Shown here in pieces: positions 1 through 8,768 of a DNA stretch of 64,000 nucleotides (positions are counted from its first letter, which is position 1; each line of letters starts with the position of its first letter). The notes under the pieces are model-generated. The model had not been told where the DNA came from and searched no databases. It saw nothing but the letters and a program-made list of their open reading frames with translations. The position numbers and the translations under genes were made by a program. The stretch covers positions 281,032 to 345,031 of the forward strand of contig JAJYUZ010000003.1 in NCBI GenBank assembly GCA_021792255.1, written 5' to 3'. The stretch is from Thermoplasmata archaeon. GTDB lineage: Archaea > Thermoplasmatota > Thermoplasmata > Thermoplasmatales > GCA-001856825.

Positions 1-54
1 CATGCAATTTGGGTACTGTATAGACCCGGTCACAATATATTCCTCAACCGTCAT
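1..54 (-). CDS. possible 5' part of a gene running off the left edge (MTVEEYIVTGSIQYPNCM...)
   Basis: ATG at 54 preceded by AAGGA; frame open to the window edge; too short to identify. Confidence 0.3.
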   Translation of the reverse strand, partial: MTVEEYIVTGSIQYPNCM

Positions 55-487
55 AGTTTCCTTTTACAGGGGCGCTGACTTTGGTTCACTATTAAGTGGA
101 AGAGCTTCAATGTAAATCAAATAGGGAGGAGAAATTCGAATTTAAATGTCTGAGTGGGTATGGGAAACGATAGGAGTGGAGATACATTTCTCTAGGCTTA
201 CGAAGGTAATTGAGGGAATCATAACAAAGTAGAAGAGGTGCTGAATACAGAAAACTTTGATGAGAAGATATGACCGTATTCCTCGTGGGGAATAATACAG
301 TTGTAAACTGACCTGTTCAACGAATTAAATCACTTGTCACTCCTGCAGCCTACTGAAGCTTTGTATACCGCAATATCGATGACTAGTGGAGTTTGTACTG
401 TTATATACGAGATTTCTACCTTGACGAGAAAAAATTGGCTGTATAAGTACTCTGATGTAGAATTTCATCAAATATCATGGGAGCCAT

Positions 488-533
488 CACAGATTTCCTA
501 GTACCCTCCACAGATTCCTAGATACTTTATCTA
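488..533 (+). promoter_or_regulatory. direct repeat CACAGAT(T)TCCTAG x2 followed by TATA-like TTTATCTA
   Basis: copies at 488-501 and 509-521 (21-bp period); TATA-like box at 526-533 upstream of the NRAMP unit. Confidence 0.45.
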
Positions 534-597
534 CTTGCCAAAGCCCTATATAGAATCAGGACATCCACTGACTTGGAGAGTGAAGGGGGCATGTCTG

Positions 598-741
598 ATG
601 AACCGCCTAATTGGCTTTTTCCGGTTTCAATATCCATACTCTCATCTTGGAACATTCCAAGCGAAAACACTGCCGAGATGCTACAATGGTCTCGGGAATT
701 TCACTGATTCACCGTGTTCAGATGATAGGAGTGACGATTAG
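598..741 (+). CDS. small ORF (47 aa) translationally coupled to the NRAMP gene
   Basis: SD-like GAAGGGGG 7 nt before ATG 598; TAG stop overlaps the GTG start at 741. Confidence 0.4.
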   Translation: MNRLIGFFRFQYPYSHLGTFQAKTLPRCYNGLGNFTDSPCSDDRSDD

Positions 742-2141
742 TGTCTTCCTGGAAAAAGCATGTCTCAGTACAACTTGGCCATGAAATGGAGGAGAAGATT
801 AATTCCCTTCCTGCGGAAATTAGACTGAGAGCAGAGGACAGAATCCATATCAATCTGCACCGTCAAAGTCCTACGCTCATTTCCAGAATCGAGCTGTTCC
901 TCATGCTCATCGGTCCTGGCATACTCGTTATGGTCGCAGACAATGATGCAGGGGGTGTGATCACTTATGCGCAAACTGGCTCTATATTTGGCTTAGGCTT
1001 CTTTATTCCCTTCATGGTGCTCATGCTCCCCGTTGCATTTTTCGTGCAGGAGATGACGGTAAGACTCGGAGCAGTGACGCACAGGGGTCACGCCGAAATG
1101 ATATGGAAAAGGTACGGCAAATTCTGGGGTTCCTTCTCGCTGGGAGACTTAATCATAGCAAACTTTCTCACGTTCATAACGGAATTCATCGGTATAACTA
1201 TCGGTATGTCAGTGTTCGGCATTCCCCGTTTCGTCTCAGTTATAGTATTCGTATCGCTCGTTATAGCAATACAACTCTTTCTCCGCTACTATACGTGGGA
1301 GAGAGTCTCACTCGTCATCGCAGCCTTCAATCTTGTCTTCATTCCCCTGCTGTTCTTTCTCCCTCATCCATCCGTCAAGGACATTTTGGACAGTTTTGCA
1401 ACATGGAGGATTAGCGGAGGGGTAAGCTCCCTTTTCATATACGTCCTTCTTGCAAATTTGGGTACTACTATTGCACCCTGGATGCTTTTCTTCCAGCAGT
1501 CCGCCGTGGTTGACAAGGGCTTAACCAAGAAGGATATAAAGTTTGGACAGAGAGATACCCTCATCGGTTCAACTATCATGGTTGTTGTAGCAATCGCAAT
1601 AATAATTCTCACAGGTACTACTGTCTATGGTTCAGATGCAAATGGAAGCTTGGGAATAACCGGCATCCTTCAGTTATTCGCCAAAAGAGTAGGATCATTC
1701 CCAATGGAGCTTTTCGCCGTTGGCCTTATTGAAGCTGGGTTCATAGCTGCCATTGCCATCTCGGCTAGTACATCATGGGCAATCAGCGAGGCATTCGGCT
1801 GGAAAAGAAGCATAAATCTTCCAGCCAAGGACGGTGTGAAATTCTATCTCCCGAGTTTTATCGCCTTAGTCATCGCAGCTTCAGTCACACTTATACCAAA
1901 CGCTCCCCTGGGCTATCTTAACCTCACGGTTCAGGTGATAGCAACAATATTCATGCCCGCTGCCATGCTGTTTCTCTTACTTCTCCTGAACGACAGGGGC
2001 GTAATGGGCAATATGGTAAACAAGAGATGGCAGAATGCGATAGGATTCACGATAATAGGATTCCTGATAACGATGAACGGGCTGTATGGCCTTTCAGTTG
2101 CTACTCCTACAATATTCAATCACCTCGCAGGGGTGCTCTGA
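741..2141 (+). CDS. NRAMP-family divalent metal transporter (DNDAGG type, probable Mg2+/Mn2+)
   Basis: GPG..ADNDAGG, QEMTVRLG, GTTIAPWMLFFQQS motifs; about 11 TM helices; SD GGAGTGA. Confidence 0.9.
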   Translation: MSSWKKHVSVQLGHEMEEKINSLPAEIRLRAEDRIHINLHRQSPTLISRIELFLMLIGPGILVMVADNDAGGVITYAQTGSIFGLGFFIPFMVLMLPVAFFVQEMTVRLGAVTHRGHAEMIWKRYGKFWGSFSLGDLIIANFLTFITEFIGITIGMSVFGIPRFVSVIVFVSLVIAIQLFLRYYTWERVSLVIAAFNLVFIPLLFFLPHPSVKDILDSFATWRISGGVSSLFIYVLLANLGTTIAPWMLFFQQSAVVDKGLTKKDIKFGQRDTLIGSTIMVVVAIAIIILTGTTVYGSDANGSLGITGILQLFAKRVGSFPMELFAVGLIEAGFIAAIAISASTSWAISEAFGWKRSINLPAKDGVKFYLPSFIALVIAASVTLIPNAPLGYLNLTVQVIATIFMPAAMLFLLLLLNDRGVMGNMVNKRWQNAIGFTIIGFLITMNGLYGLSVATPTIFNHLAGVL

Positions 2142-2156
2142 ATGGAGGCAAGTTAA

Positions 2157-2363
2157 ATGGTGACCGAAGGAAAGGAGAACGAGAGTGACTTAGAGAAGGA
2201 GCTCGAGGAGTTCCTAAAATCAGAAGAGCTGGATGAATATGACAAAATTCCAGTTGAAAGAGTGAAGCTCAGCAGAGGTGTTAAGGCAGTGTTTTGGTTT
2301 CTGAGGATATACATCGCTTTGATGGTTGTCCTTGTTGTCATAGGCTTCTCCCATGTGATATAA
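2157..2363 (+). CDS. small membrane protein downstream of NRAMP
   Basis: SD GGAGG; acidic N-terminus and C-terminal TM helix (FWFLRIYIALMVVLVVIGF). Confidence 0.8.
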   Translation: MVTEGKENESDLEKELEEFLKSEELDEYDKIPVERVKLSRGVKAVFWFLRIYIALMVVLVVIGFSHVI

Positions 2364-3110
2364 GTTCGATATTGTACATAGAAGCATGACCTTGCACTTA
2401 GAAAAGTTGAATGGCTCGTTAGAGAGGGTGACGGTATAACTTGGACGAAGATAATTAAATAAAGCCTAACTTTGATGTTCTCATTAAGTTGGAGTGACAT
2501 GAGCTATAGATTTTAGCAATGTAAAAAATTCCAGATTTATTATTCTCTTCCTCGAATTGAATGTGGTGAAGAAAACTGAGGTTTCAGTTTTATGAAACTG
2601 TTATGACTATGTATGGAATAATATCTGCTTAAAATAAGTGAGGAAAAATTAAGGTTGAAAAGGGCAATGAGGAAGGAGAAGAAACGTCAGGAGACTCTTG
2701 TTAATTTATCTCGCAGTTTGCCTTAATCTGTGTTAAACAATAGATACTATGTATCAATTTAAACAGACAAGATACTGGAATGCAAATATCTAAAACCTTA
2801 ACTCGCGATGATTTAGGTGATATGTTGAGGTCCAGTAATTGTATAATGTCTTCGACTCACTTGGATATTTCCAGAAACCCGGTAGTTCCGACAGAGTATC
2901 TCACCGGATATACCCTCGACAGCTGCAGCAACACATCATTAACGGATTGCTTAAAACCTTATCAGTGAGTGTGTTCTGTAGCGCTGGTACAGGAGATAAA
3001 AGTAACGACGAAATAATCCCTTATGAATCCCGGTTATTTTTAGTCCAATCCTTTTAGATTTGTATTCTAGTACTTCGCCACATCGGAAAACAATGCTTCC
3101 TCATGACAAA

Positions 3111-3183
3111 TAGCCCCGGGCAGATTCGAACTGCCGTCGTCGGATTCAAAGTCCGAAATGCTTGTCCACTACACCACGGGGCT
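3111..3183 (-). tRNA. tRNA-Gln(TTG)
   Basis: cloverleaf AGCCCCG...CGGGGCT-A; anticodon arm TCGGA-CTTTGAA-TCCGA; TTCGAAT T-loop. Confidence 0.95.
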
Positions 3184-3214
3184 TCGAACACTCTATTTCA
3201 AATGAAATAAAAAT

Positions 3215-4459
3215 TTATCCCGATTTGTAACTCAGGAATTCCTTCCCCAGCAGCTCTCTCGCGATTATGAGTTTCATTATGTTTGTTCCTCCTTCGGCCC
3301 CTACGTAATATGACATCACTCCGCCCTGCGCAGCCCCCAGAGGAAGATCCTTCGTATAGGCTAGGGCACCATGCCACACCATGATCTTTGTTACTATCTC
3401 GTGTGCGGTTGGAGGTGCTGTCATTTTAGCGAGTGAGATTGCTAAGTTCTGCTCGGTCAGCGGCACTTTTTCTTTGCTTCTATATACTCTATCAAGTATC
3501 CAGGCTGCTTTCTGAGTGAGAAGTCTTGAAGACTCTAACTTACCGTACATTTCAGCAAGCTCGAATTGCAATCCTTCCTGTTTTCCAAGGGGCTGATTGA
3601 ACAGAATCCTGTTCTTGAGATGCTCCCTCCCCATAGATATTGCTTCGAGTGCTGCACCGTTGCACGCGGCAGCGACGTATATTCTTGCGATGTTGAACCC
3701 TTCCATTATTATGTGAAATCCTTGACCAATTTCCCCGACTCTGTATTTGTCTTCTAACTCGAGGTCATTGAAAGAAAACCCTCCCATGGATAGACCCTCC
3801 CTCGCAATATCTCTGAAGAGTGTAGTCGATACCATGTCATTCCTGCTACCATCCGTCTTCTTGATCATAAGTGCAAAAGTCGTGAATGCTTTCGGACCAA
3901 GACTCTTTTCTCCTGTCCTGAGCAAGGTAAGAAAGCCTCCACCTCCAGGCAAGGATGTCGCTTCCCTCACTCCACTAATATAGACCTTTTCTCCTGAGGC
4001 TGACCAGATCTTTCCTTTCTTTACTGCGTTCGATTTCTCATTCATAACGTCCGATCCACCAGAAGACTCTGTGGATCCGATTCCAAGAAATGTTCTCCCT
4101 TTCACGATCGATGGGAGTATCTCTTGCTTTGCCTCTTCGCTCCCGTATTTTTCAAGCATTGCGGGCCATCCGTTCAGTAGCAGAATGTATACAGGTAGAG
4201 CCATTGATACGTCCCCTCTAGCTAGCTCTTCTACTATTGCCGACATCTGCTGTATGGACCCACCAGCCCCACCATATTTCTCAGATACCGTGAATCCAAT
4301 GAATCCTGCATCGGCAGCCCTCTGGATTAAATCTTCAGGAATCGAGGAGGCATAGGAAATCTTGTCTCTCCTAGGAATTATGTACTTTTGAACAAACTCT
4401 CTTGCGTTCTCTCTTACAAGTTCATCCTCTTCTGTGTTACTGAAGTCCATTACAATCAA
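3215..4459 (-). CDS. acyl-CoA dehydrogenase
   Basis: YGGAG, TESSGGSD, GEKVYIS, G.G..GF, EGGTNIMKLII motifs. Confidence 0.93.
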   Translation of the reverse strand: MIVMDFSNTEEDELVRENAREFVQKYIIPRRDKISYASSIPEDLIQRAADAGFIGFTVSEKYGGAGGSIQQMSAIVEELARGDVSMALPVYILLLNGWPAMLEKYGSEEAKQEILPSIVKGRTFLGIGSTESSGGSDVMNEKSNAVKKGKIWSASGEKVYISGVREATSLPGGGGFLTLLRTGEKSLGPKAFTTFALMIKKTDGSRNDMVSTTLFRDIAREGLSMGGFSFNDLELEDKYRVGEIGQGFHIIMEGFNIARIYVAAACNGAALEAISMGREHLKNRILFNQPLGKQEGLQFELAEMYGKLESSRLLTQKAAWILDRVYRSKEKVPLTEQNLAISLAKMTAPPTAHEIVTKIMVWHGALAYTKDLPLGAAQGGVMSYYVGAEGGTNIMKLIIARELLGKEFLSYKSG

Positions 4460-4700
4460 GTAGTGATAGTTTCTAAATATTTTAATCCTTGACTCCTCAA
4501 TATTTATGTAATATATCCAGATCTAGCCTCATTTCGGATCTATAGCGTACACATACGTAATAGACATAGGAATTCTATCACCAGACATGGTGATAGGTCA
4601 TCGCGAATAGCGAAGTTCCAGGACAGAGACTGGAAAATGGGAGGCCTATTCTGTAAAAATCAAGAAGTTAAGGTTTAATGGGTAAGCGTTCTATGATCTT

Positions 4701-5138
4701 CTAGATGGCCCGCTTGTTTACCAAGATCTTTTGACTTATCGCCATCACATTCACATTATCTTGGTTGTCTACTTCTATCATCAACTCCACCAGTCCATTT
4801 TTTTCCTTAGATTTCTTATTTTTCACAATGACGCGGCAAGTGAGTGTATCGCCTATTCTCACTGGCTTCTTTGCTTCAAATTGCAAACCAGCCATTGCAA
4901 CAAAACCATCGTCAAATGGTCGGTTTGGAAGTTGATAAGAAAGACCAATAGCGATTGATGCCGTAAGCATACCTGAGACAATTCTCCCTCTGAACCTAGT
5001 TCCTTCTGCATAGTTCTGATCGATGAAAAGGGGATTATAAGCTCCAGTCAAAGTAGAAAACAAGACACTATCAGTCTCTGTAACTGTCCTTCCTTTCGTT
5101 TGAAAAGAGTCACCCAAATTAAATTCCTCAAAGTACAT
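4701..5138 (-). CDS. MaoC-family (hotdog) dehydratase
   Basis: MYFEEF.LG, RTVTETD, NPLFID, RIVSG; start moved to the MYFEEF ATG. Confidence 0.88.
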   Translation of the reverse strand: MYFEEFNLGDSFQTKGRTVTETDSVLFSTLTGAYNPLFIDQNYAEGTRFRGRIVSGMLTASIAIGLSYQLPNRPFDDGFVAMAGLQFEAKKPVRIGDTLTCRVIVKNKKSKEKNGLVELMIEVDNQDNVNVMAISQKILVNKRAI

Positions 5139-5335
5139 ATATTTTCGTGACTTTATAATTTTATATCCCTTAAACCTTTCTGATTTAAGTGAATCCGTCA
5201 ATTGATTCGAAACGAGTACCTGTTTGACTTGGCTATTGCAAATCAAAGATTAGTCATTTAAGTTGAGGATTACTCTTTGCGTCATGACTAATGAACCCTT
5301 CGAAGTCAATCCGTGCCAAAGATATGATGACTCAC

Positions 5336-6334
5336 TTAGTTTGTGGGGTAGCAGTTGATATTTTCTCCTGAATCGTCTACCATTATTTTGGCATCGTCTC
5401 TCAAAAAGATTATGTAAGAAAGCACTTCTCTCAAGGCAAGTACTTTGATGTGGGGAGAAAGTCCATTCCAAGGTCCAGAGCCCCAGCGAATATTGGCAGC
5501 AATTTTCTGAGGATTTGATACCCCGTTCTGAACCAGATGCTCAACCTCTGAAACTCTCTTCTCATGGTGCGCCATTATACCCTCTAACCTTTTCCGAGGT
5601 TCCGCAAAAGGAAGTTCATGCCCAGGAAGCGCGATTGATACGTCAAGTTCTTCGGCGAGGGCAAGAGAGGAAAAATAGTCCTTCAATGGGTTATGCCCTG
5701 AATAATATGGCCCAATGTTTGAATTTATTCTTGGCAACATAAAGTCTCCGGTTAGCAATGTTGTATCCTCTGGAATATACAGAGAGATGCTTCCAGGAGT
5801 ATGGCCAGGCGTGAAGACGACTTTAAGAGAGATTTCGTCTACTAGAAAGGATTCCCCTCCTTTTAAGGGGTCAAAGCCTGAAATATCGATTCCATCATAC
5901 GCACTGATTTTGTTCCTTTTTTCGAATCCATCGACCTCCTCAGGAGAGAGACCTGATTTGAGCAGAATTGAAGACAACCAGTCTACATACTTCATGTGGT
6001 TTTCCAGAACTTCCAATTCTTTCTTACTAAGATAAATACTGATCCCGAACTCACTTTTTAAATCCAAAGCTAAACCTAAGTGATCTTGGTGGTAGTGAGT
6101 GACAATGATTCCATTCAAATTTTGTATGGAATATCCTACTGAATCTAGCGCTCTTTTAAAGTTCAAAGAGTTAAATTCGTCGAGCCAGCCTGAATCTACG
6201 AGGAAGAAGCCCCTTTTGTTTCCAATAACATAGCAATTGCTGAATTTTACACTTCTTCCATTCGGTACTGGCACGCGTATTAAACTTATTCGACTCGATA
6301 GTTTCTCAGGTTGGAAATACTTGGCCCCTGGCAT
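5336..6334 (-). CDS. MBL-fold metallo-hydrolase
   Basis: THYHQDH, TPGHTPG, TGD, LPGH motifs. Confidence 0.9.
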   Translation of the reverse strand: MPGAKYFQPEKLSSRISLIRVPVPNGRSVKFSNCYVIGNKRGFFLVDSGWLDEFNSLNFKRALDSVGYSIQNLNGIIVTHYHQDHLGLALDLKSEFGISIYLSKKELEVLENHMKYVDWLSSILLKSGLSPEEVDGFEKRNKISAYDGIDISGFDPLKGGESFLVDEISLKVVFTPGHTPGSISLYIPEDTTLLTGDFMLPRINSNIGPYYSGHNPLKDYFSSLALAEELDVSIALPGHELPFAEPRKRLEGIMAHHEKRVSEVEHLVQNGVSNPQKIAANIRWGSGPWNGLSPHIKVLALREVLSYIIFLRDDAKIMVDDSGENINCYPTN

Positions 6335-6394
6335 TTTTACTCCGCAGCTAAGAGTGTCAACTATAGAATAATCTGCCCTTCCGCAGTATTAATT

Positions 6395-7612
6395 CTAAAT
6401 TACTCCCTCCTTACGCAATGAATCTAGCTGAACCTTGTCCTTTCCAAGTAATTCAGACAGTACGGCATCTGTATGTTCCCCCATCATAGGTGGAGGCAGA
6501 TGAATTGAGCACTTCGACTCACTGAATTTAAACGGAATTCCCAAGAGTTTTAAAGATCCTATAGTTGGATGTTTCACACTAGTTATCATTTCATTTGCCG
6601 CCAGCTGACTATCATTAAAAGCATCTTTGAGTGTTTTGACGGGTGCACAAGGGATATCGTTGCTTTCAAGAATCGCCAGCCACTCATCAGTAGTCTTTCT
6701 TTTAGTGACTTCGGAAATAATTCTTATCAGTTCTTCCCTGTTTACTACTCGGTTCTCGTTACTCTTGAACCTGTCATCGTCTGCGATGCCCTCAAGTTCC
6801 AAAGTCGTACATATTCGTCTGAATAAGCTGTTTGTACCCCCTGCTATTACTATATAGCCATCCTTGCTTGGAAAAGCCTGATATGGTACAATCTGAGGAT
6901 GACCTGAACCAAAGGGCTCAAAATCAACTCCACCATCAATGACTGGTACAGAATAATTGATTAGGAGGCTCATTGTAGCATCGAGAAGAGACGTGTCGAC
7001 CTCTTGGCCAACGCCGGTCCTTTCTCTGTAAAATAGTGCTGAGACAATCGATGTCACACAGTAAACTGCTGTGCCAAGATCAGCAATTGAGGCACCTGGA
7101 CGTACGGGTGGAGAACCTTTGTAGCCAGTAATGGACATTACACCTGACCTTGCTTGAACCGCTACATCCATCCCCGCTTTGTCCGACATAGAACCGGATT
7201 GCCCGTACGCCGATATTGAGGCGTAAATTATCTTGGGGTTGACTGCCTTGATATGTTCGTAATCCAGCCCCAAACTGGTCATCACTCCAGGCCTGAAGTT
7301 TTGGACTACAATATCTGCCTTTTTCGTAAGTTCAAGTGCTATTTCTTTACCTTTTGGGTTCTTTAAATCTACTGTTATTGCCTTCTTGTTCCTGTTGATG
7401 GATAAAAAATAATCTCCTCCAACTTCTGGTATTCCACCTTTGAGGTTCGGGGTTACGTTCATATACCTACTGGCATCCCCCCTGCCTGGCTTTTCTATTT
7501 TTATGACTTCACAGCCGAGATCGCCTAGTATTGTCGTAGCATATGGTCCCGCCACACCGTGTGTAAAGTCCACGACCATCAGGCCACTCAGCGGACCAGT
7601 CATCATTCCCAC
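6395..7612 (-). CDS. family III (CaiB/BaiF) CoA transferase
   Basis: AGPY...LGDLG..VIKIE, NRNKK, NFRPG, catalytic Asp in GMDVAVQA. Confidence 0.95.
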   Translation of the reverse strand: MGMMTGPLSGLMVVDFTHGVAGPYATTILGDLGCEVIKIEKPGRGDASRYMNVTPNLKGGIPEVGGDYFLSINRNKKAITVDLKNPKGKEIALELTKKADIVVQNFRPGVMTSLGLDYEHIKAVNPKIIYASISAYGQSGSMSDKAGMDVAVQARSGVMSITGYKGSPPVRPGASIADLGTAVYCVTSIVSALFYRERTGVGQEVDTSLLDATMSLLINYSVPVIDGGVDFEPFGSGHPQIVPYQAFPSKDGYIVIAGGTNSLFRRICTTLELEGIADDDRFKSNENRVVNREELIRIISEVTKRKTTDEWLAILESNDIPCAPVKTLKDAFNDSQLAANEMITSVKHPTIGSLKLLGIPFKFSESKCSIHLPPPMMGEHTDAVLSELLGKDKVQLDSLRKEGVI

Positions 7613-8766
7613 CTTGCGATTGCTGGCCAGGGATTCGTGCTGGTATCCTTGGAGGGTAACTTTACCTCTGCAGTTGCGTGGGATATCTCTTCCCCGCGTT
7701 GATTGATGATCTTCAGATCAATCGATACCAGAGCATCACCTTTCGTTACTGTCTTTCCAGTCACTGTGCCGGATACGTGAGAAAGGTCGCCCACAAGATT
7801 CGGAGAATAATTTTTTGCGCTAAGTTTTGTGACAAATCCATTATCACCAACCCAGTTTGTCAGGCAGTGGCTGAACCAGTTGACCCTCATCCAGCCCTGA
7901 TCATAAATACCTGGCATTCCGATCTCTGACGCGATTTCCGGATCCATATGCCCTGCTGCTGGATGGACCGGATAGCCTCTAGTGGGTGAATAATAAACAT
8001 TATCAGGATGTCTGCGTCTTTCTTCGAAGGCTATCTTCAGAACATTGTAAACTGATCTTCTGCCTGCATAGAATCCCACGATATCAACAATAGTCAAAGG
8101 GCCCTTGATGATAGATGGCAGTTGATCGCCGACATTAATTTCTTCCCAGTACAGAGTGCTTGATCCCCTGCGGAACTCGTTCAAATACTCCCTATCTATT
8201 TCAGAGATTTCCTCTCTGGAATACTTGTGGATTTCCTTCTTGGCATCGTAACCACGCATTCCTCCACCGCTTCTGGACCTTGGGACTCTCAGGGTTTCTG
8301 GGTAGTTCCGCGCAACGATGTGGTTGTGCTGGTTTACGTATATTACCTCTCCCTTCTGGTCAAAAAAACGCGGGACATGCCTTCCTTTCTTCTCAATTAG
8401 GTCTATGAGACGTGCTCTTGCAACAATAGTATCTCCCGGTTTGATTACGTCATAAAATTCCCAGTTGTCTCCACCGTGGATCCATTGGACTCCTGGGAAA
8501 CCGGGACCGACTATTGTGCTATCAATAGTGTAAGGGAACGTTGGAGGAGCAATGACGCTGCCCCAGATCGTTTTCTTTCCATAATCTACGTCACTGAAAA
8601 GGGGATTGTCGTCACCCATGCTGTAAACTGCCCATCTTCTTATATCGTGCAGGCTGATCTGTTCATAAGTTGCAGGCCAGTGAACGTCCCTACGCAACCA
8701 TACTCCAATTAACTTTCTTGCCTTCTCTATCATCTCTTCATTTATTTCCGGACTATGTTCAACCAT
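7603..8766 (-). CDS. double-hotdog (MaoC-like) acyl-CoA hydratase/dehydratase
   Basis: N-half IRRWA..MGDDNPLF..APPTF; C-half LYWEEI.VGD.LP, H.D...A..IG.PG. Confidence 0.85.
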   Translation of the reverse strand: MVEHSPEINEEMIEKARKLIGVWLRRDVHWPATYEQISLHDIRRWAVYSMGDDNPLFSDVDYGKKTIWGSVIAPPTFPYTIDSTIVGPGFPGVQWIHGGDNWEFYDVIKPGDTIVARARLIDLIEKKGRHVPRFFDQKGEVIYVNQHNHIVARNYPETLRVPRSRSGGGMRGYDAKKEIHKYSREEISEIDREYLNEFRRGSSTLYWEEINVGDQLPSIIKGPLTIVDIVGFYAGRRSVYNVLKIAFEERRRHPDNVYYSPTRGYPVHPAAGHMDPEIASEIGMPGIYDQGWMRVNWFSHCLTNWVGDNGFVTKLSAKNYSPNLVGDLSHVSGTVTGKTVTKGDALVSIDLKIINQRGEEISHATAEVKLPSKDTSTNPWPAIARWE

Positions 8767-8768
8767 TT

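Noticed and set aside
535-740. M-box (ykoK) or yybP-ykoY riboswitch before NRAMP
   Set aside because: Could not find the conserved core sequences by eye; needs an Infernal scan.
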